64,000 nucleotides of DNA from Callorhinchus milii (lineage: Eukaryota), in the NCBI RefSeq assembly GCF_018977255.1, contig NW_024704742.1, forward strand, positions 37,512,001-37,576,000, given 5' to 3'. The first letter of the stretch is position 1. Every line of letters begins with the position of its first letter. Made by a program: the position numbers and the translations under genes. Positions 1 to 12,800 of this stretch are shown one piece after another. The notes beneath the pieces were generated by a model. The model saw only the letters and a program-made list of their open reading frames with translations, had not been told where the DNA came from and made no database searches.

Positions 1-131
1 CATCGATTAAGATTTGTGAAAAGTTGAATGGTGTAGAAATCAAGGAACACAGGATTGTACTCGACCAGAAAAGACCACTGTCTAGCCCCAAAACATATGT
101 TACCACAAATTTTTATGCACACATCCAAACT

Positions 132-527
132 ATAATAATGATAATAATAATAATCTTAAATTTGATACAGCGCCTTATCATGTCATTGAGACGTCTCAAA
201 GTGCTTCACAGAATATACTGTAAAGTGAATTGACTATGTTTTGTGGCCGAAACACTACAGCCAATTGTGCACAGCAGTGTCTTTCAAACAAACGTGGGTT
301 AAGTGACTAAATCATTATTATTATAATTTATTTATTTATTTTTGAAGAGATTATTACCCCCAGAAAGCGATCTGCCAATCGATTAACAACCAGGTTCCTA
401 CTTACTGTTAGATAAACAGACGCTTAATGAGTAAGGAAGCTTGCCTAAGGATTCGCCCTGCCCAGAAATCGAATATGGTTCCTCTCCCTTGCGAGGCAAG
501 TGCTCTAAGCAATACTCTACAGGATTC
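132..527 (-). mobile_element. tRNA-derived SINE, long subfamily, diverged
   Basis: Same head, body and tail as the other copies plus the internal AGTAAGTAGGAACC segment. Confidence 0.8.
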
Positions 528-1792
528 AATATACTCTAACCAATATATTACTGGACTATCTAGCTATTAAGCTATCAAAGAACATCAATAAGTTTTTTGC
601 GGGTGATTCTCTGCTCTCTGGCAAATGTGTCATCACAAATCCACGTCACCAGGTGGATAAATTTCCCATTATAAACTCATGCCACCATGGTGGATAAAGG
701 TACCCACCAGTGGACTATCACGACAACCTTACCCACCAAAGACACAGATACTACTAATAATAGTAATATTAACAACAATAATAATAATCCTTGCATTTGG
801 TTTAGCGCCTTGTCAAAAGCAACAGCCAATTGCGCACAGCAGTGTCCCACAAACAGGAATTAGATGACAGTTTGTAGAGTTACTCTCTGTGTAGTTGAAT
901 TGTAAGATAGTAAACCTAGATATATTGTGTGCAGAGAATCACAGTTATTATCAAATGCTCACTCACATTGCTTACTGCAGTATAAAGTGAAAAATGACCA
1001 GCGTTGGTTTTGCACCACATTCTCTCCTCGAACAGACACAGAATAAATTATTGACTAAAACGTTCAATGTTATCATGGGACAAAACCTTTGGTGTCAGTA
1101 CCTTGGAATCATATTAGCATCATATAAAGTGGATCTCACCTTTGGCTGGCCTATCCTTGAGACATAATTAACTCTACTAGCTGAAACGTTAATGATACCG
1201 TAGAGTAGTATAGTGCAAAGTGCTTACGCCATTGCATGCCCCATATCATTTGTTTTAAAATAGAGCCCAACCTTTCACGGGCAACCTTACTCTTAAAGAT
1301 TCTTCTGTAATGTTCAACGATGACCTTTGGTGAAAGCAGATAATGTTCCACTGATGTCAGGCAGGGGAGCTCAGCACAACATGCTGACTTGCTGTCATTA
1401 AATTCCACATGATCCACAGCCAACGTGTTCCTTGTCAAAGCACTCATATTACAAGCTGTCCCTATTGGCTCACTTGCTCACGGGAATACCCACCAACTAA
1501 TTGAGGTACATGGTCGAGGACGGCCAAAATCCACTGGTTTGTGCCATGGTGTTAAGGGCGCTATATTTGGCCAAAGAAAGAAAGAAGCAACTGTGGCCTC
1601 CCTTTAAGGTTTCAGTTATTGACTTAAGGGAGGTAACTGGTAGAAATAAAAGTGCTGTGAAGCTATATTAGATCTCAGCATTATTAAATCCAATCCACTT
1701 TGTTTTATGATCCACATCATTCCCTGTAAAGAACTTTGGGAAATATTATCCTATATGAAACACACAAGGGCACAAGTTATATAATATTGTAG

Positions 1793-2130
1793 TAGTCCTT
1801 GCATTTGATATAGCATCTTATCACATCATCAACGCATCTCAAAGCCCTTCACAAGATTTACTGAAAAGCATAGTAACTGTTTATTTTGTAGGCAAACGTG
1901 CTAGCCAATTTGTGTACAGTAATGTCCCACAAACATCCATGAAGTGAATGACCAATTTTATCTGGGGAATTGTTTACCAGGACACCGGGAGAAACTCCCT
2001 TCTCTTTTTGAATAGTGCCACAGGATCTTTAACGTCCAACTGAACAAGCAGACAGGATCTCACCTTAACGTTTGAAGGGTGGCACTTCTGACAATGCTGC
2101 ACACCCCCAGCACTGTATTGGAGTGTCAAC
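1793..2130 (-). mobile_element. Older Deu-domain SINE
   Basis: Same core (GGATCTTTAACGTCCAACTG...GCAGAC) and shared tail. Confidence 0.7.
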
Positions 2131-2131
2131 A

Positions 2132-2805
2132 CCAACAAATTATATTTGTATAGCGCCTTTCACGTCAGCAGGATGTCCCAAAGTCAGAGATTTGGACACG
2201 ACCAGTGGACTGTGATTAGGAGGGATGGATGGCAAGGAGGGTAGGGGTAGAGGGTGACCACAGTTGATGAGGAAGGTCTTGAGACAAAGCCTTGAGGAAG
2301 GCAGGAGAGGGAGCAAAGTGAAGAGACTGTGGGATGAAGTTCCAAAGGGTGGGGGCAGCGAGGCTGAAGGCCCAAACGCCGATGGTGGGGCAGGCCGGGC
2401 AGGGGACATGGAGCAGGCTGACCCTGCTGAGCTGAGGGAGTGGACAGGTTGATATGGGGTTAGCAGGTCATAGAGGTAGGAAGGAGCAAGGCCATGGAGG
2501 GCCTTGAAGGTGAGGACAAGGATTTTGAATTCTATACTCTGGGGATGGGGAGCCAGTGGAGCCAGACAAGGATAGGGGTAATAGGGTCACGGACCCTGGT
2601 GAGGGTTCGGGGGTCGTGGAGTTCTGAATGATTTGCAGCTCATGGAAGGAAGAGTCAGGAAGACCGACAAGCAGGGAGTTGGCGTAGTCGAGCCTAGATG
2701 AAACAAATACATGGATGAGGGTCTCGACGGCCTGAGAGAAGAGGCAATGTCTGAGCGGGTCGATGTTGCGGTGGTGGGGGAAGGCAGAGCGAGTCATGGC
2801 ACGGA
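2132..2805 (-). mobile_element. L2 LINE 3' fragment
   Basis: [26 protein letters not shown]2 motif and L2 tail. Confidence 0.85.
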
Positions 2806-4639
2806 TGTGTCAACCTAGACAATGAACCCTCTTACCTTAGGAAGGTAACTAAACAGCATCACTGAGGTGTAACCTGTTTGGAACTGCATCAGATATAAGG
2901 ATCTGCATATTAACTTTATATTATAGCTTAAAGCTCATGGAATTAACTGGAACAGCTGGTACGCGATGTTAAACAGTTGAATCTCTGGTTGCCAGTGATA
3001 AATGGAGCTCCAGAGGGATGTGTTCTGAGTACTCACTGAATGCTTTTCACACGGATAATAAGCAATTGCAAGGCTGCAGATTGCCATAGGAAAATGTACA
3101 GGATTGAAAAGAAACATTGTGGACCTTTTAGTCTCAATTGAAATCTTCACCAAATAACCATCTAATTCCCTTCTGAATTTACGCACGTTAACCCCAAGGT
3201 CTCTGTTCCATTTAGTACGTACTTGATTTTTTTTCCCCGAAATGTATAACCTAACATTTATCTGCATTAAATGTTATCTGCTATTTCTTTGCCCAATTTA
3301 CCAGTCTTTCTATGGCCTCTTGAAGTTGCTTATACATGTTAACTACAGTCCATTTTTGCATCATCTGCAAATTCTTCTGAGCTGTTGTTCATGACCTCTT
3401 ATTCAGACGACCTCTTATTCTGAGGGCTATTCTACAATCACTACTCAGGGGAATGTAAACTAATTTTCATCTCCTGTCTTGCTAATTTTGTACTCTTGCG
3501 ATTAAAGTCCAAGTTAAACATCTCTATATTATCCATGGTTCGTATTCAGAAAACTGGATTTTTCTTCCTCTCCACTGAAAACAAGGTCATTCCTTTGAAT
3601 ATCCTTTAATACGTGATCAAGCTCAGCACCTTCCTGAACCTTTGTCAGTGCATCAAATGTCACATTGGATAGTTAATGTACAAAATAGTCACTGGGGTAT
3701 TGGTCACAGGATGAATTGGAAGAGATTCTGTTTGTTTGAAAAGTTCTGAGAATATGGCAGGAGGAAAAATATTATGAGGTGTTTTGACAGTGTAAATAGG
3801 GAGAAGATATTTCCATTGATAGGGGAGTATCTAGGGGACATAGGTATAAAATAACCATAACAGCAAAAGGAGAACTTAGAAGTAATTTTTTCACTTCGAG
3901 CAGTAGTGGTCACTGGGGTGGCCCATGGGGCCATCAAGTAGCAGCCCGCGGCCATTCATGCTAGTCTAGGTAAGGCCGTGTTCGATCAATACTGTGTTTT
4001 CAGTTTTTTTCTTGATTGAATATTTCTTGATTATAAGCATTTTGTGGGCATTTGACCCACAAAATAGTCAATCCACTTTACAATACATTCTGTGAAGGAC
4101 TTTGAGACTCAACAATATGATTAGCGCTATATCAAATGCAAGGATTATGATCGTAAATCAATCAAAAAAATGTATCTTGTTTGCCGACCATAAAGGGCCG
4201 GGTTGACCTAGAGAATTGTTGGGATATTGAATGTTCTGCAAAGTAGTTTGTGGAGGTGAAGTCCATTGTGGCTATTGAGAGGGGAGCAGGCAGGTATATG
4301 AAAGGGAGGGATCTAAAGAGTATGGGCGGGGCAGTGGGATTGAATTGCTCTGTGAGCCAGTACGGACTTGATGGTCCTTCTGCGCTTTTTCAATGAATTA
4401 TGCTGAATATCACACTATCCTTGAAAAATACACTTCATTCTTCACAATGCTCGTTTGGAGGAATAATAAACCTTGCATTTAATATAGCGCTTTTCACGTC
4501 TTCTACATGTCTCTAAGTTCTTCACAGAATATCCTGTAAAGTGAATTGACTGTATATTTGTGGGCGAAACATGTTATCATGAGGAGAATACCCTCATCTC
4601 ACTTGAGCCTAACCCCACAATGCAACACAATACCAGTTT

Positions 4640-6771
4640 GAGGGTGAATACCTTTATTTCAATAAAACAAAATAAATCATACTTCTAAATACTGATTGAC
4701 ACCAAAGATGATTACTCCTCTCCCGATTCAAAACTTATTGCATTTTACATATTTTGTGACACATTTGACAAGTCACAGCTACACTTTTCAAAACTGTAAA
4801 TTTCCAATTGTAACCAATGCAATTAAAAGGAAAACTCAAAACGTTTCGGATTTTAAGAGAAACTCATTTCAAATAAACAACGTTCATTTAATATGGTATT
4901 TAACTTAAAAATAATTAAATTGTGTCTTGTTCCCTCTGCATTGAATACTATTCCACTGTTAAAATGATGATTTTTTTAAAAAAAACTAGGCATCAGAAAC
5001 TGACATAACAGACCAAACAATCATAAACAACAAATTATGATTTAAGTTTTTTTGTTAAAAAGCAATGATTTTGCTCTAACATGTTTACAGCTTTTTTTGT
5101 GTGTGGAATGAACCCACATGGATCTTGTTGATTCACTGTTGTTTACCGTAGGAATATACAAAAGTAATGAAGAGGATTTTTAAGTTAACTAACACTGCAA
5201 AACAAAAGAATATTTCAAGCACAAAAAAGTCAATTGCAATTCCAATACACTACTGCATAGGGTGTAGCAAATTAAATAATAGGGTGTGTTCTGAATACTC
5301 AATGTCAACACGTTCTTATTGCTCGGACAGGACTGGAGTATTCTAGGTCCTTTCCCTATCACAAACTATGGTCATTCTCCAACCACCAGATCAGTGCCAA
5401 TGCTGCTTCCAACTGGATGAAGTGTAACCTAGTTTGAAACCTCCCTGAGATACCCCTAAAGGGAAGAACATAGTCTCTCAAACACACAGAAGAAGGATCA
5501 GACTTCTTGTGCGTTGAAATGCAGATGTAAGCTCTTTTGCAAGATGTAAGGCTCCCATACATTCAGAAATAAGGACCACAATGCAAATACACAATTGTAT
5601 ATCCACTTTGATCATTCCTGCCGCCCGATAAAACACTCAGATATCCAAAAAAGGACGATACCAAAAACATTCACAGGTAAATTTGGGATTGTGAATAAAA
5701 ATAGGTATTGTATGTAACGGCTATGTAATATCTGCTGAAAAAGTGTCATCATTTGAGATATGCATTGTTTCCTAACAATGGGATTAAGGAGGAATTCACA
5801 GGCTGTTTGTTGGAGCAATGGAATTAAGTCATCCAGTAAAAATCCATCTTGGAAATATAATTTAATATAGATCTAACTCTTACTCCCTCCAAAAACATCA
5901 GTCTTTATATTACTGTGAAACAGAGCACAAAGGTTCAGTCTGCGATAGAGCCAGGTCAAGAGCAGAAATATACTGATTAGTGATCAAGCAATTTACAGGA
6001 ACACTCAGCATTAAAACATGCTTGCAGTTTTGAACATAATAAAAACTTCCAAAGCATTTATTTAAGTGTAGCACAGTCAAAGGTGGTGCTCGCTGATCCG
6101 GGGCTGTGCACTGCTGAGCAAGTCACAAAACTGACGAATTATTGCTTGGTGAATGTCTCAAAGAAGCCCTGGGAAATTATACACAGCTTAGAACCTCAGC
6201 AGAAAGCACAATATGTGCAGATACTCACCACTCCTAAGTAGTGAAGATGAAAAACAGGATGTAGAGAAATGTATTAAAGTATATGAAATTTCCTTTTAAA
6301 TAAAACCTTTACCAACAACCTACAGTATGTTTTCAATGTGAAATACAAACCAGAAACGTTGTGTAGTGTCACATTTCACTTAGTACTATAAAGAATTTAT
6401 TTCTCCAGCATGTGTGACATTACTGCGTCATGAAGAACAATTGCCGCTGGAAGAACATTAACACTGCGACAGCGCAGCTCGCTGTGACTGATGACGTGTC
6501 TGATTCACACCCACGAATAAAAGCGTTCTATCCGCAAAAAACAAATGCTTCCCATCCACTGCAACGCAAAACACTTCACTTTCGGGACACAGTTTTACAA
6601 GATCAAATTCTGCTTTTTGGAAATCTATATACACTTCAGACGCCAAGCCAAATCAGGACAAATTTGTTCCTCTCCTCAGTGAGTAACAAGCGGCAATCAG
6701 ACCAGAACTTTTTCCTCTGGGAAAATTATTCATCTTGAGAGGGCTTCATATTCCATACACCAGATTTCAGG
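4640..6771 (-). other. Probable long KLHL8 3' UTR with a candidate AATAAA signal at 4653-4658
   Basis: About 2.1 kb of AT-rich sequence with no obvious SINE/LINE, directly after the stop and ending near a minus-strand AATAAA; repeats resume beyond it. Confidence 0.5.
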
Positions 6772-6895
6772 TCACATGCAGTCAACTACATTGCTGGATC
6801 CTTGTCCCACGTCCCGGATTTGGTTAACTAGGCAGCCACACACAGCAACTCCAGCTCCTGCCCTGCAGTGCGATATGGACCCAACCAACTCCCAC
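6772..6895 (-). CDS. KLHL8: KLHL8 last coding exon ([19 protein letters not shown]...VVDCM*)
   Basis: tctag|G acceptor; TGA at 6772-6774. Confidence 0.96.
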
Positions 6896-9800
6896 CTAGA
6901 ATCATTAAAGAACAGAAGAAAAACAATTGAACCAAAACAAACATCGCAAGGTACACCAACTCATACAATCATTTAACTTCCTCCCTCTTGGGGAAAGCTG
7001 ATGTTTAGCATTCCAGTGCCCCAGGTGGAGGAATGCAGGTCCTGCTTCATGCTATATTTATATTGTAGATGTATTCCAATGCTGCTGCAGATTCACCTCC
7101 TTTTACACTGAAAGGTAGAATCCACAATACAGAGGAAGGAGCAGTTGATTTCTGGACGGTAAAACCGCAATTTTATTTTCAGGCTGTGGACCTTCAGCAC
7201 TGGATGAAAACTGCCAGAAAGCTTTATTCTTTATTGAAAAAACGCAAATTCAGCTGATTATTTCTGACAATTTTGAAAATAAAGTGAACTTGGCATTGAT
7301 GCCCTGTTCACCATCTGCTCCCCCTGTGTTCCCAAGACCATCCTTGATCATTCCTGTTGTTGAATTGTTCCATCACCAGACTCATGTTTACTCCCAGTCC
7401 CCATCTAGAGTCTGAAATCCCCTGCTGTAACACCATCATCAATAGCATTGAGAAAATTACTTTGCTATGAAATGCAGTTATTAGAAGAAATACAAATATT
7501 GAATATACAATATCAAATAAGTGGCAAAATAATTATCTAATTAATGAGATGGTCAAGACATTTAAAACAACTTGTGAGCAACTAAAACTGGTCACATGCC
7601 AGCACCAATTTCAATACCAGAATTTACACACAAGCATTTCAGAAACAAAGTTTCCTACCGTATTATTTGTTTTCTAACAGTTAAACATGTTGCAGTCAGA
7701 GTGGTGCAAATCACCCATACGGACCAGAATAGCACAGGGCTTTCAGAGGTTCACTCATGAAGTTTAATAGCTAAAAGGGTTCCGTTTAACACCAGCAGGG
7801 GGCAGAGTGGTTCAATGGACAAAGCAGCAATCTTCCCCATCGTGTGTGACTAGGTTCCCGCTTATTCTTTGTAACACGGGAGAAAAGCAAGGAGGAAAAT
7901 CAGGTGGAGAGTCCTCCTCTATTGAAGTGAATGCTTCCAAATGTAGCGTTCAGACTAAGTTCAATCTATCTCTGGGATTTCCATGTGTAGGTGGGACGCA
8001 TGGAATTCTCAGCATGGGGGTTTGGATACTCTTAAGCCTGGTGATGGGTTTCCGCCTGCATCAGCCAACCAGGCTGACCAAAAAAGACGTTCTGCTTCTC
8101 AATCTAAGTTCAGCTTCTCAATTGTCAATCATCTCAGGCCCTGGGTCAAAATCTAGTCCAGAAAGGGGCTGTTAGGTGGGTTTCCACAAACAGTCGTGGA
8201 TTGAGTGAATAAATTATTATTATCCCAAGGCGCTGGACAGTCCAGCATTTGCTCCTGAGCTGGGGATGGGGGCCAAGGAGGTGGGAGGCTGAGGGTTGAA
8301 AACATAGCCAAGACGCAGTTAAAGAAGATCGTGAGGCAGATCTTGAAGGTGAGGGAAGGGGCTAGTCAAAGGAACTCCTGGATACAATACAAAATGACAT
8401 TTGTAAAGCGCCTTTCACGTCAGGAAGACGTCCCAAGGTGCTGGACAGTCAGAGATTTGGACCCGAGCTTGGGGTCGGAACCTGCTGAGCGGACAGTTTG
8501 ACATGGAATCAGCAGGTTGCAAAGGTAGGGAGGGGGCAAGGCCATGGAGGGCCTTTAAGGCGAGGACAAGGATTTTGAACTCTATCTTCTGGGGGATGGA
8601 GAGCCAGTGGAGCCGGGCGAGGGTGGTGTGATGGGGTCACGGAGCCTGGTGCGGGAGAGGACACGAGCTGCAGAGTTCTGGATGATCTACAGCTTGTGGA
8701 GGGAAGAGTTGGGAAGGCTGACAGGGAGTTGGCGTAGTCGAGCCTCGATGCGATGATGGGAGTTCCAGAGAGTGAGACAAAGTATTGTAGAACAATAGAA
8801 TCAGCAATGCAGGCGGTTGGTTACCTGTTTATCATCGGATCATAGGCTTCCACTGTATTCAGATACACGTTGCCATTGTGGCCACCGACTGCAAAGATTT
8901 TGCCCATTAAGGTTGCCACCCCAACTCCACCACGTGGCGTTGTCAGCTCGGCTACATACTCCCACTTGTTTGTACGAGGATCAAACCGCTCCACAGAGCT
9001 GAGTGGAGAGTTGTCGTCAAATCCACCTAAACAAGACCAAAGAGAAATGAGTCACCAGCAACCTGCAGAGGAGAGATAATACATCAAGGTGGTGGCACAG
9101 TACAAGATGCCACACAGCAGAGCAATACAAGTTTGAGCGTGTTATTCTGCCATTCTAGATCTCAGCAGCACTGCTCCAAAGAGCATGGAGTAAATCCTTG
9201 CATTTGATACAGCGCTTTTCACGTCAAAAGGACATTTCGAAAATGCTTGAAAGGATTTACTGCTTTACCAAGGTGTAATGACTGTGTATTTTGCAGGTGA
9301 GTATACAGACTGGTTGACAGATTTCGAGATATGAAATTAGAGACAAAGTAAAACTAAAAGGTTGTTAAACAAATCAACAACAATTTCCAAAAAAAAATTA
9401 AAAATCTGTTTGCTGTGAAGCGCTCTGAGATGCCGTCCGGCGTGGAGGGCGCTATATAAATCCAAGTTGCTGTTGTTAAACAAATCAATCATATCATCAT
9501 CATTATTATTATTATTCGCTTTCTTTCTTGAAGATAATGATTTGTGCTGAGCCATGTACATCTGGCAGTCCTTCGTTACTTTGCCTAAGTGACCCAGATT
9601 CCTCATATGAGAGCCTAGACAACGAGTGCCAGAAAGCTATTCAGCCACAGCAGCGACCACAACAGAGCGTAATCCTGTCTCCACCCAACATCCACGCAAA
9701 TAAAGGAGAGAGGCTGATCCTCTTGCAATGCTGCCTCTCTAGCATGAAGCTATTAACCAACTTTGCTGTGGAGATTTTTAAATTGTTAACGCAGCAGGTA

Positions 9801-12800
9801 GAGGAACAAATCCAGGCCCCAAATCCCACTTCTCCACAGGACATAATATTCAGTAAATAGCTGCCTTCCCCTTTCTTTTGTTTCTCAAGATTCCAATGGG
9901 AGCATCCGATAAGAAGACGGACATCTCAAAGACAAACAAACTGTACAGTCAATATAGCTACACATCAAACTAAACCAGGCAGCTATCACAGCTACCTTAG
10001 GCATCCAAGTTTGCTTGATTTATCACTTTTTCAAAAAAAAACTATTTTTCTACAAAAGCTTGTAAAGACAAAAGCTCAGTTCTTATTCCCCTGATCCACT
10101 TTTGACAAGTCCTTTGACTTTTTCATCAAGGTATTGATTCTATGAACACGTGTCAGACAGCGGCTGACCAAAAAATTAATTTAAAACTAGACAGAAATGT
10201 ATTTTCTTTTGTGGTTGCCAGTCACGCTGAAGATAAGAAGCTGAATAGATTCACTAACATAAATGTCTGACTTTTATGAATTATTTTTAAAAACATCACT
10301 TATATCCAATATAAAAATGATATAAAAATGCCTAGGGATTTTTTAGTTGGGATAGCCTACTTAGTCACTATTAGTCACTATTCACGGCCATGCCTTATAA
10401 GCCCTTGCCACTCACTCATCTGGTTTTACTCTTCATCTCAGGAAGCCTGATAACTCCGAGCATTAGCTAGCTGCAAGAGAACACAAACTGCTGCTTCTAA
10501 TGCATCAGCAGGGTCAGTCCCATAACAATTCAATGTAGTCAACACAAATAGAACGAGCAGGCATAAGCTCATTTATAATACAAGAGTGGTATTTAGATCT
10601 CCATGCCTGAGGGGTGATAAATAAAACAGCGAAGTTACTGGGAAGAAAATCATTAAGAAACAGTAAGACATCACATCACAGCTGGGGCTCCCTACTGAAA
10701 CCAGCTTAAATTATATAATTTTTTAAAGAAAAAATACAGATTTTTTTAAGCTATCGAGTTAATTAACAAATACGTTTGGCATATTGAGCAACTTTGTATA
10801 ACTAAATTATACAGCCTAAGTCTGGATTTAGATGAATATCTAATAGGAGAAATATGAAAAGGGTTTGGGGGGGAAGGGAAAAAGGCAAGAGAATGCGTCT
10901 AAACAGATACCTCTTCCAGTGAGCCTGCAAAAGCATGATTGGCTGAATGGCCTGCTTTGTACTGTAAATTTCTATATCTATAATGCTTTAGTTTGCCATG
11001 GTTCATAAAACCACAAGAGAGGTTTGGATGAAGAAGGTCCTTTGGCCCCCTTGATCTCATCCTTTAGAATACCCACTCTACCACCACAGTAACAACTTTT
11101 TATGTTAAATTAGTCCAGCGCTCTGGCCTCAACCACCTACTCCAGTCATTAATTATTCTCTAAATAAAGAGATACTGTATCCACAACTGTTTGTGGGACA
11201 CAGCTGTGCACAATTGGCTGCTGTGTTTCGTCCACAAAACATACAGTCAATTCACTTTAGAGTATATTCTGCGAAGCGCTTTTTGACATCTAGAAGACAT
11301 GATAAAGCAATATATCAAATACAAGGATTATTATTAGTAGTACTTCCTGGCGTCTGTCGTGAAATTGCCTGTTGCAATCCGAAATGTGTCCTCTTGTTCG
11401 GCTGACTATGACAGAGATGTAAAATAAATCTTATCTTGAGGTGCAATATGATGATTTTCACAGGATTCCTTTATAAGGAAACTGAAAATATTTCACAAGG
11501 ACATGCAGCCACAACACTGCAATATGGTCAACTTCAATACTAGGGCACCTGGTTTAGAAATGGTTGCATGAAAGCTTAAAGATTGCTGATTGCAGAATTG
11601 TGGAATTTTTATTCCACAAATGTGCCCATTACAAACTTGATACTCACCAACTATGTACAAGCAGCCATTGAGTTCACCCACTCCATTTCCAGCCCTTCTT
11701 TGTCCCATTTCCTTAATTTCCATCCATTTATCCAAATGGGGATCATACCTCTCGACACTGGACAAAGATGCCACCCCATCGTTACCGCCAACAGCATATA
11801 CATAATTCTAAATGCAAAAAAATAAGCGAATGGATTAAATGAACAGATTATTCAAAAGTGAGCAAGATATTTACATTTAATTGCCATGTTAAGGCTTAGA
11901 AATACAACATTTATATAGCGCCTTTCATGTGGGGATATGTCGAAGTGTTTAGCGTGTGGAATGCATCTACACAGGAGATCACGGAGATAGGGTGGTGCAA
12001 CTTCATGAGCGCATATGGAGATGAGGATCTTAAACTTGATCTACTGGGGTAAATGGTGCCATTAGAGCCAGGCAAAGACTTGCGGAGACTTGTGCGAGAG
12101 TGGGCTGCTGAGTTCCCACTTAATCTGGTGTTTGTAGAGGATGGTGTGAGGGAGGGCAGAGAGCAGGGCACTGGAAAAGTTAACTCTGAAGGTGCCAAAG
12201 GCTTTGTCGAGGGTTTCAGCTGTGTTGGAGCGTGAGGTGAAGCGGCAACACAACAGAGTTGAACAGAGCAAACTTAAAGGTTTCTTTTGAGCAATCCTTT
12301 AGAGTTGTATATTGTTAATGTCAACATCTAAACATCTGCAACAGTTTTCTGAGAATGGCTTTAGAAAACTTACATTTTGGACACTCATAATATTGAATGT
12401 AGTGGAAAACTGATGTAGTGCTTACCCCAAGTGCAACTGAACCTACACCACCTCTCGGGGTGTTCATTGGTGCCACGCTACTCCACAGGTCTGAGCCAAT
12501 GTCGTACCTCTCAACATCACTGAAGCAAGTATGATCATCCAGTCCTCCTATAGCATAAATTGGACCACCAAGCGAAGCCAGTGCAATGCCCCTCCTATAA
12601 AATGACACACCTTATTTATAATTTGTACAAAAAACACGCTTTGAACAATCATCTTTGTGAAACAATCTACTTCAGGGAATGGATGCTCTATAGCAAATAA
12701 CCACAGATAAGAAAGCTTACTTCGAAAAGCGTATCGGCTCTCAACTCGTTCCCTAAATAAATCATACGGTCAGTCTCACGGGAAAACTGCCCGTAAGGGC